DNA of 64,000 nt from a virus (IMGVR_UViG_3300049215_000772:1-64000), one strand, 5' to 3'. Shown: positions 18,827 through 27,908, counted from the stretch's first letter. The notes: generated from the sequence alone by a model not told the origin. A program made the numbers and translations.

Positions 18827-19101
18827 CAGTCATCCTTGCCAAAGAAGCCCTCCGGGTACTCGATCTTGACCGTTCCGCTCCCTTTCTTGGGATTTCCATC
18901 CTCGTCCTCCACCCACCAGCGTACTTGTTGTACGGGTATGCCAAGTTCGTCCATGTGGCACTTGTCGTTTGGTTGTACAGGCAGATGATATTCATTTCCT
19001 TCTACCAGGATGGCGACTTTACATTGCCCCCTGTCGCCATCGTATAGCAGACAATTCCTGCATATTGGCTCAATGTGCTTCGTTTTCTTCTTCTTTGCCA
19101 T
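18826..19101 (-). CDS. small zinc-ribbon-like protein
   Basis: 'CRNC...C' and 'DKCHMD'; first gene of a two-gene minus-strand unit. Confidence 0.4.
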   Translation of the reverse strand: MAKKKKTKHIEPICRNCLLYDGDRGQCKVAILVEGNEYHLPVQPNDKCHMDELGIPVQQVRWWVEDEDGNPKKGSGTVKIEYPEGFFGKDD

Positions 19102-19196
19102 TTCATATTCTCCGCTTCAATTCGTTCGGGTATAATCCCGTCATCGGGTTAATACCCTGGTAATAAAGTAATCGGCTGCGATATTTGGAGGTTGTG

Positions 19197-19820
19197 ATGA
19201 AGGTAATTGGTATTGCCGGCCAGCTTGGTAACGGCAAGGATGTTGTTGCCGACTACTTGGCGGCTCGTTTGAATTATGACTGTGAGACGGATGGGTGGAA
19301 GCGGTCGGCTTTTGCCAACGCTGTGAAAGAAACTTTTGAGTCTGCGTTCGGGGTGGACAGGGATTTTATCGAGTCGTGGAAGCGCAACCCGGAACCGCCG
19401 CCTGGGTTTACCAAAAATGTGCGGCAAAGTCTTCAGTTCATTGGCGATGGGTTTCGGCAGATCAGGCCGAACATCTGGATTGAGGTTGCCCTGCGTGATG
19501 AAAGCAAGCAACTGATAATTTCTGACTCACGCTACATTAACGAAGCTAGGGCTGTGAAGGCGAAGGGCGGACTGATGATCGTGTTGTATCGTCCCGGCTT
19601 CCTGAATGATGATCCAAACCCATCTGAGGCTCAGATCAGGCCGGTGGTGGAGTGGTTCGCCAAAAACCTGAAGGAAGGTCCAGTGCCAAAGTGCATGGAC
19701 GAACCTGAATGGCTCCAGTTGTATGACTACTTCCTGGTGAACGACGGCACCCTGGAAGATTTGTATACGAAGATTGACAAAAGCCTGTTGCCGTGGATTC
19801 AGGGACAATATGAAAGCTAA
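19197..19820 (+). CDS. deoxynucleoside monophosphate kinase (T4 gp1-like)
   Basis: P-loop 'GIAGQLGNGKD'; C-terminal 'LVNDGTLEDLYTKI' matches T4 gp1 'ITNDGSLEELFSKI'; GGAGG RBS before ATG 19197 (the listed ORF begins at a TTG at 19185). Confidence 0.75.
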   Translation: MKVIGIAGQLGNGKDVVADYLAARLNYDCETDGWKRSAFANAVKETFESAFGVDRDFIESWKRNPEPPPGFTKNVRQSLQFIGDGFRQIRPNIWIEVALRDESKQLIISDSRYINEARAVKAKGGLMIVLYRPGFLNDDPNPSEAQIRPVVEWFAKNLKEGPVPKCMDEPEWLQLYDYFLVNDGTLEDLYTKIDKSLLPWIQGQYES

Positions 19821-20178
19821 GATGGTTCCGAAAGGATGGGGCGCAGAGTTTTGGATTGCCAACAAGCCTGAATACTGCGGCAAAATTCTGTCTATGCAGG
19901 GCGGCAAGCAAATGTCTTGGCACTATCACAAGCTGAAGGATGAAACCTTCAGCTTGCTTGATGGTGTCGTAACATTGCTATGGTCGATGGACGACTGTAT
20001 GGTGGACGGGAAGTTCGATCCCAGCCTGGCGAACGTCACGCAGCTACAGGAGGGTGACGTATTTCATGTTCCACGGGGGATGAAGCATCGGCTGATTGCG
20101 CATGTGCCGAGTCGGATAATGGAGGTTTCGACGCAGCATTTTGAGGAAGATTCGTATCGACTGGAGAAGGGAGACTAG
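19810..20178 (+). CDS. cupin-fold protein
   Basis: 'GWGAEFW...HYH...E.F..L.G...GDVFHVPRGMKHR' has the two cupin-motif spacing. Confidence 0.45.
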   Translation: MKAKMVPKGWGAEFWIANKPEYCGKILSMQGGKQMSWHYHKLKDETFSLLDGVVTLLWSMDDCMVDGKFDPSLANVTQLQEGDVFHVPRGMKHRLIAHVPSRIMEVSTQHFEEDSYRLEKGD

Positions 20179-20351
20179 GGGCTTCGTGGACATAGAACGT
20201 CCCCAGGGGGCAGATCACATCAACGTCCATAACAGTTTCAGGTCCGGTGTACCCCATCATGAGCGTGCCCAATTCCGGGTGCCAACCCCTGATCCATCGT
20301 CTTACTCTGCGGTAGCTGCCACTTTGGTCGAGAACCTGTTCGCCGACGATT

Positions 20352-21050
20352 TCAATTCTCTTCTCCATAGCCCTGGACCTTCCGTTTAAGTTTGCCGATC
20401 CCTACTTCTGTCATCACGATGAAATCCCATCCTCGTGCTTCACAGTGCTGTTGGCAGGCCGTCCATTTGGCCTTATTTTTTTCCAGGTGGGTCTGATTCG
20501 CTGGTTTGATCTCCCATATTTCTACCCTTCCATCATCGAATATGATACTTAAATCCGGGTTGTAGTCATGAACCTCGCCCTGATAGCTGTACTTGATGGC
20601 GAACGGCTCGACATCATATTTTACCACATCCGGCATCGCTTCGAGACATTCATATACATCACATTCGTAGCCAGATCGGTAGTGCATTTCCTTGCCGCCG
20701 TTTTTGTTGGAAAGCATATATCCTTCCCGGAACTTCGGCTTCCGCTGGCGCAATTGCGGCCCGCCTTTGCCTGGCCCGTTTTTTCCTTGTGGCTTCTGGT
20801 CTTTCCAGATCAAAGCCTTCATCTGGCCGGACTTCGGTGCTTTCTCGGATGGGTGCTTGCACTTGAAGTGCATTCTGATGTCCCGTACAGGCGCACCACA
20901 CCTTTCCAACGGACACACGACGAATTCTCTTCCTTCATCGTGCGTTGAAAGGATGTGTGACTTGAACTCATCAAACTCGGTAAACTGATGGCCGCACACG
21001 AAGCATTGCCATTTTCGTGAGCCGTCATCTTTCTCGAATGGTAGGGTCAT
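20352..21050 (-). CDS. C2H2 zinc-finger + PD-(D/E)xK nuclease (putative free-standing homing endonuclease)
   Basis: N-terminal 'CFVCGHQF...HILSTH' and 'CPLERCG...H..KH' fingers; C-terminal 'YNPDLSIIFDDGRVEIWEIKP' (D...E.K) as in TnsA/Hjc-like nucleases; same architecture as 52566..53567. Confidence 0.5.
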   Translation of the reverse strand: MTLPFEKDDGSRKWQCFVCGHQFTEFDEFKSHILSTHDEGREFVVCPLERCGAPVRDIRMHFKCKHPSEKAPKSGQMKALIWKDQKPQGKNGPGKGGPQLRQRKPKFREGYMLSNKNGGKEMHYRSGYECDVYECLEAMPDVVKYDVEPFAIKYSYQGEVHDYNPDLSIIFDDGRVEIWEIKPANQTHLEKNKAKWTACQQHCEARGWDFIVMTEVGIGKLKRKVQGYGEEN

Positions 21051-21436
21051 TTTTTCTTCTTTTTCTCCTTCTTAGACCGTTTCATCAACTCATCAACGGC
21101 TGAATCCTTGTCGATGAGGTTGATGTCTTTTAGGTCGTTGAGGCCGAACAGATTCTCGACGTGTTGTCCAAGTACGGACTGTAGTAGGTTACAGGCTATG
21201 AATTTAGCTTCTTCTTTCCATTTCTCAGGAAGGTCGTCATCGTTGCTTTTCAGTTTGGCAAATACCAATCTGCTTTCTTCGGGTGCGCCGAAGATGTCAT
21301 CGCCTTTCTTGAAAAACAAGATCATGCCCTTGCCGTCCATCATGGTGGAAAGTCCATCACGTTCTTCTTTCTCAGCCAGGCACGCATCCCATTTATCCAT
21401 CAAGAATCGAAATGACGAAAAAGCTGGTGACTGCAT
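21047..21436 (-). CDS. hypothetical protein (poly-Lys C-terminus)
   Basis: ORF overlapping the stop/start of 20352..21050. Confidence 0.4.
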   Translation of the reverse strand: MQSPAFSSFRFLMDKWDACLAEKEERDGLSTMMDGKGMILFFKKGDDIFGAPEESRLVFAKLKSNDDDLPEKWKEEAKFIACNLLQSVLGQHVENLFGLNDLKDINLIDKDSAVDELMKRSKKEKKKKK

Positions 21437-21481
21437 ATTTGAGAACTCCCGGAAAACAGTTGCCCGTCAGGTATATACGGT

Positions 21482-22033
21482 ATGCGAACCAATTTATCGG
21501 GCTTCAGGAAGTTCGTCGAGGATATGGATCAGTCCGTTGAGAAGAAGATGGGCGGGAACAAGGATAGTTCCGACAACACCAAGATGGATTACTTCGGCGG
21601 TCTTGGAGATGAAATGGGTATGGAGTGGAAAGACATTGTGCAATCCCTTGAACGGGAGCCGTGGGTGTCTGCGCACTTCGGTCTTGGTTCGCCAAAACAC
21701 GAGCTAATGTACAAGAAATCGGCCTGGAAGATCGTCCCAGGCAGTATGTCAGCCAACGGTGCTGACATCATGTTGGTTCCGAACAGGGGCGACCGCAGCT
21801 ATCTGAAAGGTGGCAAGATGCTCAACAAGGGCAAGCCCGACACCAAAACCTACCATATTAGTCGTGAACAACTCATCAAGTTCCTTACAGGTGGTTGGCA
21901 GCCTGCTGTGGATGCTGCCCAAGGCGGCGGGGCCGCTGCTGGTGGAATGCCGGGCGCTCCAGGCGCACCTCCTGGTGGTGCTGCCCCTCCAGGTGGAATG
22001 CCAGGGATGCCGGGAATGCCAGGAGGAATGTGA
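21482..22033 (+). CDS. hypothetical protein with Gly/Pro/Met-rich tail
   Basis: ORF; C-terminus 'GGMPGAPGAPPGGAAPPGGMPGMPGMPGGM'. Confidence 0.4.
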   Translation: MRTNLSGFRKFVEDMDQSVEKKMGGNKDSSDNTKMDYFGGLGDEMGMEWKDIVQSLEREPWVSAHFGLGSPKHELMYKKSAWKIVPGSMSANGADIMLVPNRGDRSYLKGGKMLNKGKPDTKTYHISREQLIKFLTGGWQPAVDAAQGGGAAAGGMPGAPGAPPGGAAPPGGMPGMPGMPGGM

Positions 22034-22233
22034 TGACTTTCAAGGAATGGTTGAAAATACAGGAAGTGGGCACAGGGACCAACGCTATCGCTGTTTTCGC
22101 TCGCCCTGTGTTCGATGAACCGTGGCGGCGAGGAAACTATGATGATTTGAAGCTCGGTGGAGAACACCATCGTAAGAAGCGCAAGAAAAAGGGACACCAT
22201 CACCATGAAGAGTTACCAGGATTGGCTGACTGA
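22033..22233 (+). CDS. hypothetical small basic/His-rich protein
   Basis: AGGAGG 6 nt upstream of the ATG; 'KKRKKKGHHHHEE'. Confidence 0.35.
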   Translation: MTFKEWLKIQEVGTGTNAIAVFARPVFDEPWRRGNYDDLKLGGEHHRKKRKKKGHHHHEELPGLAD

Positions 22234-22534
22234 AAGCACCGACAACAAGAAGCCGGCAGAAGAAAAACCTGAGAAGGGCAACAAGCGTCCACGAGGGAAG
22301 AAGCTGCGCAAAAGTGGCGGTGTTTATGTCGATCCCAAGGTCGCTCAACGTGTGGATTTGATCGTATTGCCTGGCGGCGTGGAAGGAACCAACTGTGGCA
22401 ACTGTGAGTATTTTGAGAAGTCCGGCGATATTGGCTGGTGTCAGCACCCCGAAATTAAACAGTGGGTGACGGCCCGCATGTGTTGTTCTTTGTGGGATCA
22501 TCCCCAGGTGAAACGATCCTGGAAGAAGGCTTGA
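22205..22534 (+). CDS. hypothetical Cys-rich (zinc-ribbon-like) protein
   Basis: 'CGNCEYF...WCQH...CC'. Confidence 0.35.
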   Translation: MKSYQDWLTESTDNKKPAEEKPEKGNKRPRGKKLRKSGGVYVDPKVAQRVDLIVLPGGVEGTNCGNCEYFEKSGDIGWCQHPEIKQWVTARMCCSLWDHPQVKRSWKKA

Positions 22535-22564
22535 TCTCTATATCCCATCGGGTTATATTCCATT

Positions 22565-22786
22565 ATGACCCAATCCTACAAGAATCCTTGGCTTGCCCTG
22601 GCCCGACGACGGCGACTTCAGAATGAACTGCGAAGCATGTTCATGGGCAAGAAATATCGTGAGTGTGCCAAAGAACTCACTCAATATGCCTATAACCACC
22701 AGGACTGGCAGCCCAATTTCGTTATCTATTCTAGCGTTGATGTTGGCGACCTGATTGACAGCTTGGAAGTACAGGAGTCTGTGTAA
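22565..22786 (+). CDS. hypothetical small protein
   Basis: ORF, ATGA-coupled to thyX. Confidence 0.35.
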   Translation: MTQSYKNPWLALARRRRLQNELRSMFMGKKYRECAKELTQYAYNHQDWQPNFVIYSSVDVGDLIDSLEVQESV

Positions 22787-23682
22787 TGCACGACGTATTG
22801 ACGAATTTGCCGCAAGCCTATGTTCAATGTCTCGACAAGGGGCTGGTTGGTCTTGTGGATGTGATGCCACGCCTCGTTCCTGAAGATCAGAAGACTGCCG
22901 ATTATGCCATCGTGCAGGCGGCACGAGTTTCCTATGGAGCAGGCACGAAAACCGTCAACGAAGATCGTGGCCTCATTCGCTACCTGATGCGACACTCTCA
23001 CACCACGCCGTTCGAGATGGTGGAGTTCAAATTCCACTGTAAGATGCCTATTTTCGTCGCCCGGCAGTGGATTCGACATCGGACGGCCAACGTGAATGAA
23101 GTGTCTGGAAGGTATTCCATCTTGAAGGATGAGTTCTATCTTCCCGAAGCTGACAACATTCGACAACAATCCAAATCCAACAAGCAGGGCGGCGATCAGA
23201 AGATTGAACTCACCACCGCTCAGGGCTTCCTGGATTACCTTGGCGAGTTGGCCGACAGCACCTATGCCAAGTACCTCGACGCTATCGAAGCAGGTGTGAC
23301 ACGAGAACAGGCTCGTATGATTTTGCCGGTCAATCTCTACACGGAATGGTACTGGAAAATTGATCTCCACAACTTGTTCCACTTCCTGGCCCTGCGGTGT
23401 GACGCCCACGCCCAATGGGAAATTCGTACTTTCGCCGATGCAATGTTACGGCTCATTGCTCCTATTGTTCCTTGGGCGGTCGAAGCCTGGGATGATTACC
23501 ATCCGATGCGGAGTGCTGTGAAACTTACACGGCTGGAGATCGACGCTTTGCAAACCTACATTGCACGGGGCAAAGAAACTGTTATGTATTCCCACGCCCC
23601 CAAACTCAAAACTGACAACAAACGGGAGCAGGTCGAGTGGGTCGATAAAGCCAGAAGATTCGGCCTCGAAGTGGAACAATGA
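22786..23682 (+). CDS. thyX: flavin-dependent thymidylate synthase
   Basis: ThyX signature 'RHRTANVNEVSGRY' (RHRx7S) plus conserved flanks 'HTTPFEMVEF', 'IFVARQWIRH'. Confidence 0.9.
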   Translation: MHDVLTNLPQAYVQCLDKGLVGLVDVMPRLVPEDQKTADYAIVQAARVSYGAGTKTVNEDRGLIRYLMRHSHTTPFEMVEFKFHCKMPIFVARQWIRHRTANVNEVSGRYSILKDEFYLPEADNIRQQSKSNKQGGDQKIELTTAQGFLDYLGELADSTYAKYLDAIEAGVTREQARMILPVNLYTEWYWKIDLHNLFHFLALRCDAHAQWEIRTFADAMLRLIAPIVPWAVEAWDDYHPMRSAVKLTRLEIDALQTYIARGKETVMYSHAPKLKTDNKREQVEWVDKARRFGLEVEQ

Positions 23683-24041
23683 GAAAGATCATCAAAACAG
23701 TCACGTTCGATTGGGACTCGGCTCTCGGCGACACGATCAAAGAAAAATACGAGGCTTTGTATGTGTTCCTTGCCGAGCAGGAGAAGCTGCTCACTCCGAA
23801 TAAGGGGCAGCTAACCGTCCAAGCGGCGGAAACTATATGCTCGATATTCGAGTGTACAGGTTCATGGGGATATTACAACAAAGACATTGTGCCGTTTTTC
23901 GTGAACGGTGTTTTGCGCTATTACGGTAACATCAACAACAGATGGGACTTGTGGCTCGACCCATTTATGTCGTTTGAGGAATTATGGCTGTACAATGACG
24001 ACGGGTTGGTGAAGGTGTTGATAGACAACTTGACCATCTGA
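23679..24041 (+). CDS. hypothetical protein
   Basis: ATGA-coupled ORF. Confidence 0.4.
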   Translation: MRKIIKTVTFDWDSALGDTIKEKYEALYVFLAEQEKLLTPNKGQLTVQAAETICSIFECTGSWGYYNKDIVPFFVNGVLRYYGNINNRWDLWLDPFMSFEELWLYNDDGLVKVLIDNLTI

Positions 24042-24073
24042 GAAATTGTGAGCTATACTTCAGTGGGTGACAT

Positions 24074-24298
24074 ATGAAAAACAGGAAGATTCACTGGCCG
24101 CTGCTTGTTGGTGTTACGGCGATTATGCTGGTGATGCTGCTGCTTGTGGTGGTGTTGCGAGCGGAGGTTTTCGTCGTAATTCTACCAATTGCAGCGATTG
24201 GGTTTGTGACCTACATTCTCTACGTTTTCCTCTTGTCCTTGGGCTACGGCGACAAGGCTGAGGAGAAGGAAACAAAAAATGAACAATCTGAGGCTTAA
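24074..24298 (+). CDS. small two-pass membrane protein
   Basis: Two hydrophobic helices. Confidence 0.4.
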   Translation: MKNRKIHWPLLVGVTAIMLVMLLLVVVLRAEVFVVILPIAAIGFVTYILYVFLLSLGYGDKAEEKETKNEQSEA

Positions 24299-25406
24299 AC
24301 TGATCGTGGGTGGGTTTGCCGGCCTGATGGTCTTGTGCGTTTTCGCCTTGATATTCGACACGGCGAAGGTGAGGGGCAATCAGGTTGGTGTGAAGGAAGG
24401 CTGGTGGACTGGTGTGAGTAATGACCCGCTCGGTCCTGGAACTTATTTCATCTGGCCCTGGGAGAAGGTCCAGGTGTACGATGCCGGCAACCAGGTCTTC
24501 GTCATGAACGACCGGACCCCACAACAGGGTGAGAAAAACAAAGGTCGAGACACGGACTCGTATTTGGTGCAGTCTTCGGACAGCCAGGATATGCACCTGA
24601 ACTTGATGGTTCAGTGGCGTATTGATCCGGCCCACGTTGTCAACTTGCACAAGATGGTTGGTCCCGACAACATCGAGGAACGTATTTTGCGTCCGACGAT
24701 GTTGCGTGTGGTGAAGGATGCCGCCACGGTGAAGAAAGCCCTGGACGTTTACTCCGGTGCGGGACTTGTCTCTCTCCAAAGTGAGATCGAGAAGGCTTTG
24801 AACGACCCCAAGGGTGAGTTGCGGGAGAGGGGCATCATTATCGACAGCTTCGTGATCGAACACATCAAGCTGGACCCGGAGTACGTCAAGGAAATCACGG
24901 CCCGCCAGGTTGCCGTGATGAAAGAACTTCGTGCCGCTCAGGAAGAAAAAGCGGCGCTGGCGATGTCATTGAAAGCCAAGGCTGAGGCTCGTGCGGACTA
25001 CGAGAAACAAGTTGTGGAGGCCGAGCGAGATGCTAAGGTCAAGGTGACGGCTGCCGAGGCTGCGGCCCAGCAACAGGTGTTGGCTGCCGAGGCCGAGAAG
25101 AAGAAAACCGTGTTGGCGGCTGAGGCTGAGAAGGAGTCTGGCGAGTTGAAGGCTGCCGCTATCTTGGCGGTTGGCAAGGCAACTGCCGAATCTGAGAAGC
25201 TGAAGCTGAGTGCTTACTCGGCTCCTGGAGCGGAACTCTTCACCAAGATCGAAGTTGCCAAAAGCCTGGGCGTGGCATACAGTGGTATCAAGGGCTACCT
25301 GCCTGAGAGCATGAACATATTCACGCTCGGAAACAACTATCAGCAGGCACTCGAAAACGTGTTGAGCGGCAGGGCTGTCCCGGTGCCAGTACCACAGAAG
25401 AAGTAA
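24279..25406 (+). CDS. SPFH/band-7 (stomatin/prohibitin/HflKC-like) membrane protein
   Basis: N-terminal transmembrane segment, SPFH core, long Ala/Glu/Lys coiled coil. Confidence 0.7.
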   Translation: MNNLRLKLIVGGFAGLMVLCVFALIFDTAKVRGNQVGVKEGWWTGVSNDPLGPGTYFIWPWEKVQVYDAGNQVFVMNDRTPQQGEKNKGRDTDSYLVQSSDSQDMHLNLMVQWRIDPAHVVNLHKMVGPDNIEERILRPTMLRVVKDAATVKKALDVYSGAGLVSLQSEIEKALNDPKGELRERGIIIDSFVIEHIKLDPEYVKEITARQVAVMKELRAAQEEKAALAMSLKAKAEARADYEKQVVEAERDAKVKVTAAEAAAQQQVLAAEAEKKKTVLAAEAEKESGELKAAAILAVGKATAESEKLKLSAYSAPGAELFTKIEVAKSLGVAYSGIKGYLPESMNIFTLGNNYQQALENVLSGRAVPVPVPQKK

Positions 25407-25777
25407 TGATCTATCGAACAAGGAAGATCGTCAAGCCTGGCGATCTGAACCCTGAAAACACACTCTTCGGCGGGCGCATGTTAGAATGGCTCGACGAGGA
25501 GTGTGCTATTTTTGCCGCCTGTCAGTTGGAAACAACCAGGCTGCGCACCAAGATCATTGGCGAGATTGACTTCAAAGCCCCTGCGTACCAAGGTGACATC
25601 ATCGAGATTGGAGTGGATGTTGTTTCGTTCGGCACGACCAGCATCACCATGAGGGCAGAGGCCCGCAACAAAAATAGTAGGCAGACCATCCTCACCATCG
25701 ACAAAGTTGTGATGGTTTACATCGGCGGTGATGGCAAACCGGCCCCACACGGTAAGACGAGTGTGAAGGAAGGGTAA
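25406..25777 (+). CDS. hotdog-fold acyl-CoA thioesterase (4HBT/YciA-like)
   Basis: 'NPENTLFGGRMLEWLDE' catalytic region. Confidence 0.55.
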   Translation: MIYRTRKIVKPGDLNPENTLFGGRMLEWLDEECAIFAACQLETTRLRTKIIGEIDFKAPAYQGDIIEIGVDVVSFGTTSITMRAEARNKNSRQTILTIDKVVMVYIGGDGKPAPHGKTSVKEG

Positions 25778-25789
25778 CTATGATAGGGC

Positions 25790-27199
25790 ATGAGTACACT
25801 ATCCGAATTCCTCAGACTTGACGCCGAGAAGAAGGTCCGCATCGCTGTTGCCGGTGATGCGATGGTGGATGAATACCACTACGTTACAGTGAAACGCATC
25901 AGCCCGGAGTTCCCCATTCCGGTGATGCTTTCACCACTTATGCAGCCCGATTATTCCCTTCCAGGCGGGGCTGCCAACGTCGCCTACCAACTCAGGCACT
26001 TCAACACTTCTGCGCATCTTGTCTCCCTAATCGACTCATATTCCTTGGCTGTGTTCGAGAAAGCCGGCCTGAGTGTGCATGGCTGTGTTGAGATGGTGTA
26101 CACCTACGGCAGCGTTCCTCGCAAGAAGCGTTTCTACAACAAAGACTTCGCCATGTATCGCTGGGACATCGAACGACCCAGGTATGGGATAGATGACGAT
26201 CATTTACACAGCTACCTTGCGCAATTGTTTGCCCAGCCGATTACTGCTCATGCCGACATCATCATCCTTTCCGATTACGACAAGGGGTTGTTTTGCGGCA
26301 AGCATCAGCGGGAGTTTCTGAACTGTGGCCTGCCTACCATTGTTGATCCGAAGGGGAAGGACATCGACAAGTGGCGTGGTTGTACTGTTTTCAAGCCCAA
26401 CAGCGTTGAGGCTGAAGCCCTATCGGGACAGAAGAAGTGGGAGCATCAGTGCAATTATTTCCGGGAGCGATTGGGCTGCCAGGCAGTTGTAATCACCCAG
26501 GAAGGAGATGGGGTTGTTGGGTTGTGTGCCGACAGCGCCGAATACTTCGAGTATAAGCCGAAGACCAAGGGTGTTCGGGCTGAAAGTGTGATTGGGGCCG
26601 GGGATTGTTTCATTGCGTTTTTGGCAATGGCGCTGGGGCATGGGTTTGCCGTACCACAAGCTGCTGAGGTTGCATTTGAAGCTGGAGCGTTGTATGTGCG
26701 TCGGAAACACAATGAGCCGATTACTCCACGGCAGTTGCGGCTCCGGGATGATCCGATTCAGGCGAAGATTGCGCCGATCAACGAGATCAAGGGGTGTCCG
26801 GGCAAGCTGGTGTTCACAAACGGATGTTTTGATCTTCTTCACAACGGGCATGTTGAAATGCTGAAGTTCGCCAAAACCAAGGGCGACCGGCTGGTGGTTG
26901 CCGTCAACACAGATGAAAGCGTAGCGAGGTTGAAACCTGGCAGGCCGTACATCAAGCTGGAAGATCGGATGAAGATGTTGGCGAGCCTGGAGATGGTTGA
27001 TTACGTCGTGAGTTTCGATGAAGACACGCCGCTCAGGTTGATCGAGGAGTTGGACCCGGATGTTCTGGTGAAGGGGTCCGAGTACAAGATGGAAAACATT
27101 GTGGGGGCAGAAATCGTCAAGGAAGTGTATGTTGCCCCTATGGTTGGCGGCATCTCGACGACTAGCCTGGTGGAAAAAATAAAGGCCCAGGAACCCTGA
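25790..27199 (+). CDS. hldE: bifunctional heptose-7-phosphate kinase / heptose-1-phosphate adenylyltransferase (RfaE/HldE-like)
   Basis: PfkB kinase blocks ('IAVAGDAMVDEY', 'GGAANVA', 'GAGDCFIAF') plus cytidylyltransferase blocks ('FTNGCFDLLHNGH', 'RLVVAVNTDES', 'VVSFDEDTP'), colinear with E. coli HldE. Confidence 0.85.
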   Translation: MSTLSEFLRLDAEKKVRIAVAGDAMVDEYHYVTVKRISPEFPIPVMLSPLMQPDYSLPGGAANVAYQLRHFNTSAHLVSLIDSYSLAVFEKAGLSVHGCVEMVYTYGSVPRKKRFYNKDFAMYRWDIERPRYGIDDDHLHSYLAQLFAQPITAHADIIILSDYDKGLFCGKHQREFLNCGLPTIVDPKGKDIDKWRGCTVFKPNSVEAEALSGQKKWEHQCNYFRERLGCQAVVITQEGDGVVGLCADSAEYFEYKPKTKGVRAESVIGAGDCFIAFLAMALGHGFAVPQAAEVAFEAGALYVRRKHNEPITPRQLRLRDDPIQAKIAPINEIKGCPGKLVFTNGCFDLLHNGHVEMLKFAKTKGDRLVVAVNTDESVARLKPGRPYIKLEDRMKMLASLEMVDYVVSFDEDTPLRLIEELDPDVLVKGSEYKMENIVGAEIVKEVYVAPMVGGISTTSLVEKIKAQEP

Positions 27200-27237
27200 G
27201 CCTTTATCAAGACGCACCGCCTTTATTGTTGGGGCGG

Positions 27238-27585
27238 TCAGTCGTCGCATTTTTCCATCTTCGGAGGGCAGCAGCCGTCCTTACAACAGCCAGATTTGGC
27301 CGGGCAGCACTTGCAGTTTGGTCCGCACTTCTTGTCAGCGCAGCACTTGCAATCTGGTCCGCACTTGCAGTCCTTGTTGCAACCACAATCTTTTTTGGCT
27401 TGCGGCTTGCAGCACGGGCAGCAGCCGTCGCAGCAGTCTGCGCAGGTGCAATTGCAGTTACAAGTGCAGTTGCAGCAGTTTGGATTGACGACGTGATGGT
27501 GATGGTGAACGAGACAAACCAACCCTCCTACGGCGAGGGCGATGGCCGTCAACGATCCCAGGAATGCACCAAAGAAAGTTTTCAT
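27238..27585 (-). CDS. secreted cysteine-rich metallothionein-like protein
   Basis: AAAGGAG RBS; signal peptide; His5 run; about 35% Cys in CC/CxC/CxxC arrays ('CCNCTCNCNCTCADCCDGCCPCC...'). Confidence 0.5.
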   Translation of the reverse strand: MKTFFGAFLGSLTAIALAVGGLVCLVHHHHHVVNPNCCNCTCNCNCTCADCCDGCCPCCKPQAKKDCGCNKDCKCGPDCKCCADKKCGPNCKCCPAKSGCCKDGCCPPKMEKCDD

Positions 27586-27626
27586 TTAAGTCTCCTTTCG
27601 AGTAAATGACCTCTATATGATAGGGT

Positions 27627-27908
27627 ATGGCGAAGAAAAAGTGTTCACGAAAGCAGATCAAGAAGCTGTACGACAAGAAGTGTTTCTTCTGCGGCCTGGA
27701 TGATTACGACCTGTTGGATGCCCATCGTATTTTTGAGGGCAGCGAGGGCGGAACCTACCATTGGATCAACATGCTGACTACTTGTTGTTTGTGTCACCGA
27801 AAGGTACACACGGGAAAGATCAAGATATTGGGGCATCATCCTAGCACCAAGGGCTGGTGTCTTCACTACATCGACGAAAATGGTGAAGAAAAATGGGTCC
27901 ACCACTAA
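27627..27908 (+). CDS. HNH endonuclease
   Basis: 'CFFCG...DAHRI...CCLCHRKVH' HNH/His-Me finger. Confidence 0.6.
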   Translation: MAKKKCSRKQIKKLYDKKCFFCGLDDYDLLDAHRIFEGSEGGTYHWINMLTTCCLCHRKVHTGKIKILGHHPSTKGWCLHYIDENGEEKWVHH

